Below are positions 63,301 through 64,000 of a stretch of 64,000 nt of DNA, one piece after another. The stretch lies in NCBI GenBank assembly GCA_040954595.2, contig CM082589.2:1851910-1915909 (forward strand), given 5' to 3'. How positions within the stretch are numbered: position 1 is the first letter of the stretch; every line of letters starts with the position of its first letter. Source of the DNA: Balanoglossus misakiensis. Taxonomy: Eukaryota > Animalia > Hemichordata. A model generated the notes under the pieces. It saw only the letters and a list, made by a program, of their open reading frames with translations, did no database searches and was not told the DNA's origin. A program made the position numbers and the translations under genes.

Positions 63301-64000
63301 CGGGGATTGATACGCTCCTCTCAAGTTTCAAAATACAGTGCACACTTTGCGAAATGTCATTATGTCATTATCAATATGTTACATGGTTCATATCATGCCA
63401 ATCTTCAGCTTCTGATGAATTCTTGTGTATATAGATATTCTTGACATCATGTGAAATTATTTTTTTGGCCATTTTTTTCAATTTGTATACAATATAGCAG
63501 AAATTTGAGAAGTCAAACCCCCCTGTGAAGAATACATCACTTTTTAGGTGAACTTGCGAAATATGACATCATTTATGTTTAGACTGGAAGTTTTAAAAAA
63601 TGACTTCCTACTGAGGCAGTCGTTTTGGAAGCAATAAATTGTGATGGGAAGCCCCGAGTCGCCTGGTGGGAAGTGAACTGACTTGATGTTCACTGCAAAC
63701 GCGTACCCTCAAAACATCACTTAGAGTTCTCAATAAATTTTGGTCCTTATGAATAAATCACCCCAGAAGAGACTCCCATGGGATTGGGCGAACATCTGCC
63801 CTATACCGCTCTGCAAAAGGACCACTAATAGGCTTCCTGCAGTTCCCATGTCTTCGCATTGTCGTCTCATGGGAACCAAAAGAGGTAATTTGTTAATAAG
63901 AGGAAGTTGGGAGGGGGGAGACGGTGATGTTGCTATGGTTACCCTGCTGATAAGACTAATGTTTTGTAGCGCTTTTTTCCCCCTGGTCTATGGTACAACA

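Overview
Eukaryotic, AT-rich, intron-containing genomic DNA from an animal, probably an invertebrate deuterostome (hemichordate/echinoderm-like; this taxon is a guess). Four transcription units can be read. (1) A + strand multi-exon gene of unrecognised family (about 2.4-17.4 kb) with phase-consistent exons, two candidate alternative first exons and many RFX X-box motifs. (2) A - strand TGIF TALE-homeobox gene: a 16-nt first coding exon (MKPKR, 33886-33901) spliced to a 1028-nt exon (30290-31317), 347 aa in total. (3) A - strand OST4 micro-gene (38 aa, 46755-46871) that the ORF track missed, with 5'UTR and 3'UTR introns. (4) A probable divergent + strand first exon (ATG GCA G|GTAAGT at 48353) whose downstream exons I could not identify. 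The most interesting non-coding signal is a series of dense TGACA/TGTCA clusters, the TGIF/MEIS binding core, in the TGIF intron, at its start site and up to about 11 kb upstream. They lie in a roughly 29-kb CpG-retaining domain, with tandem CTCF-like motifs between the clusters and OST4, suggesting a TGIF autoregulatory landscape. No prokaryotic systems, CRISPR arrays, rRNA or tRNA were seen. All counts and coordinates were done by hand.
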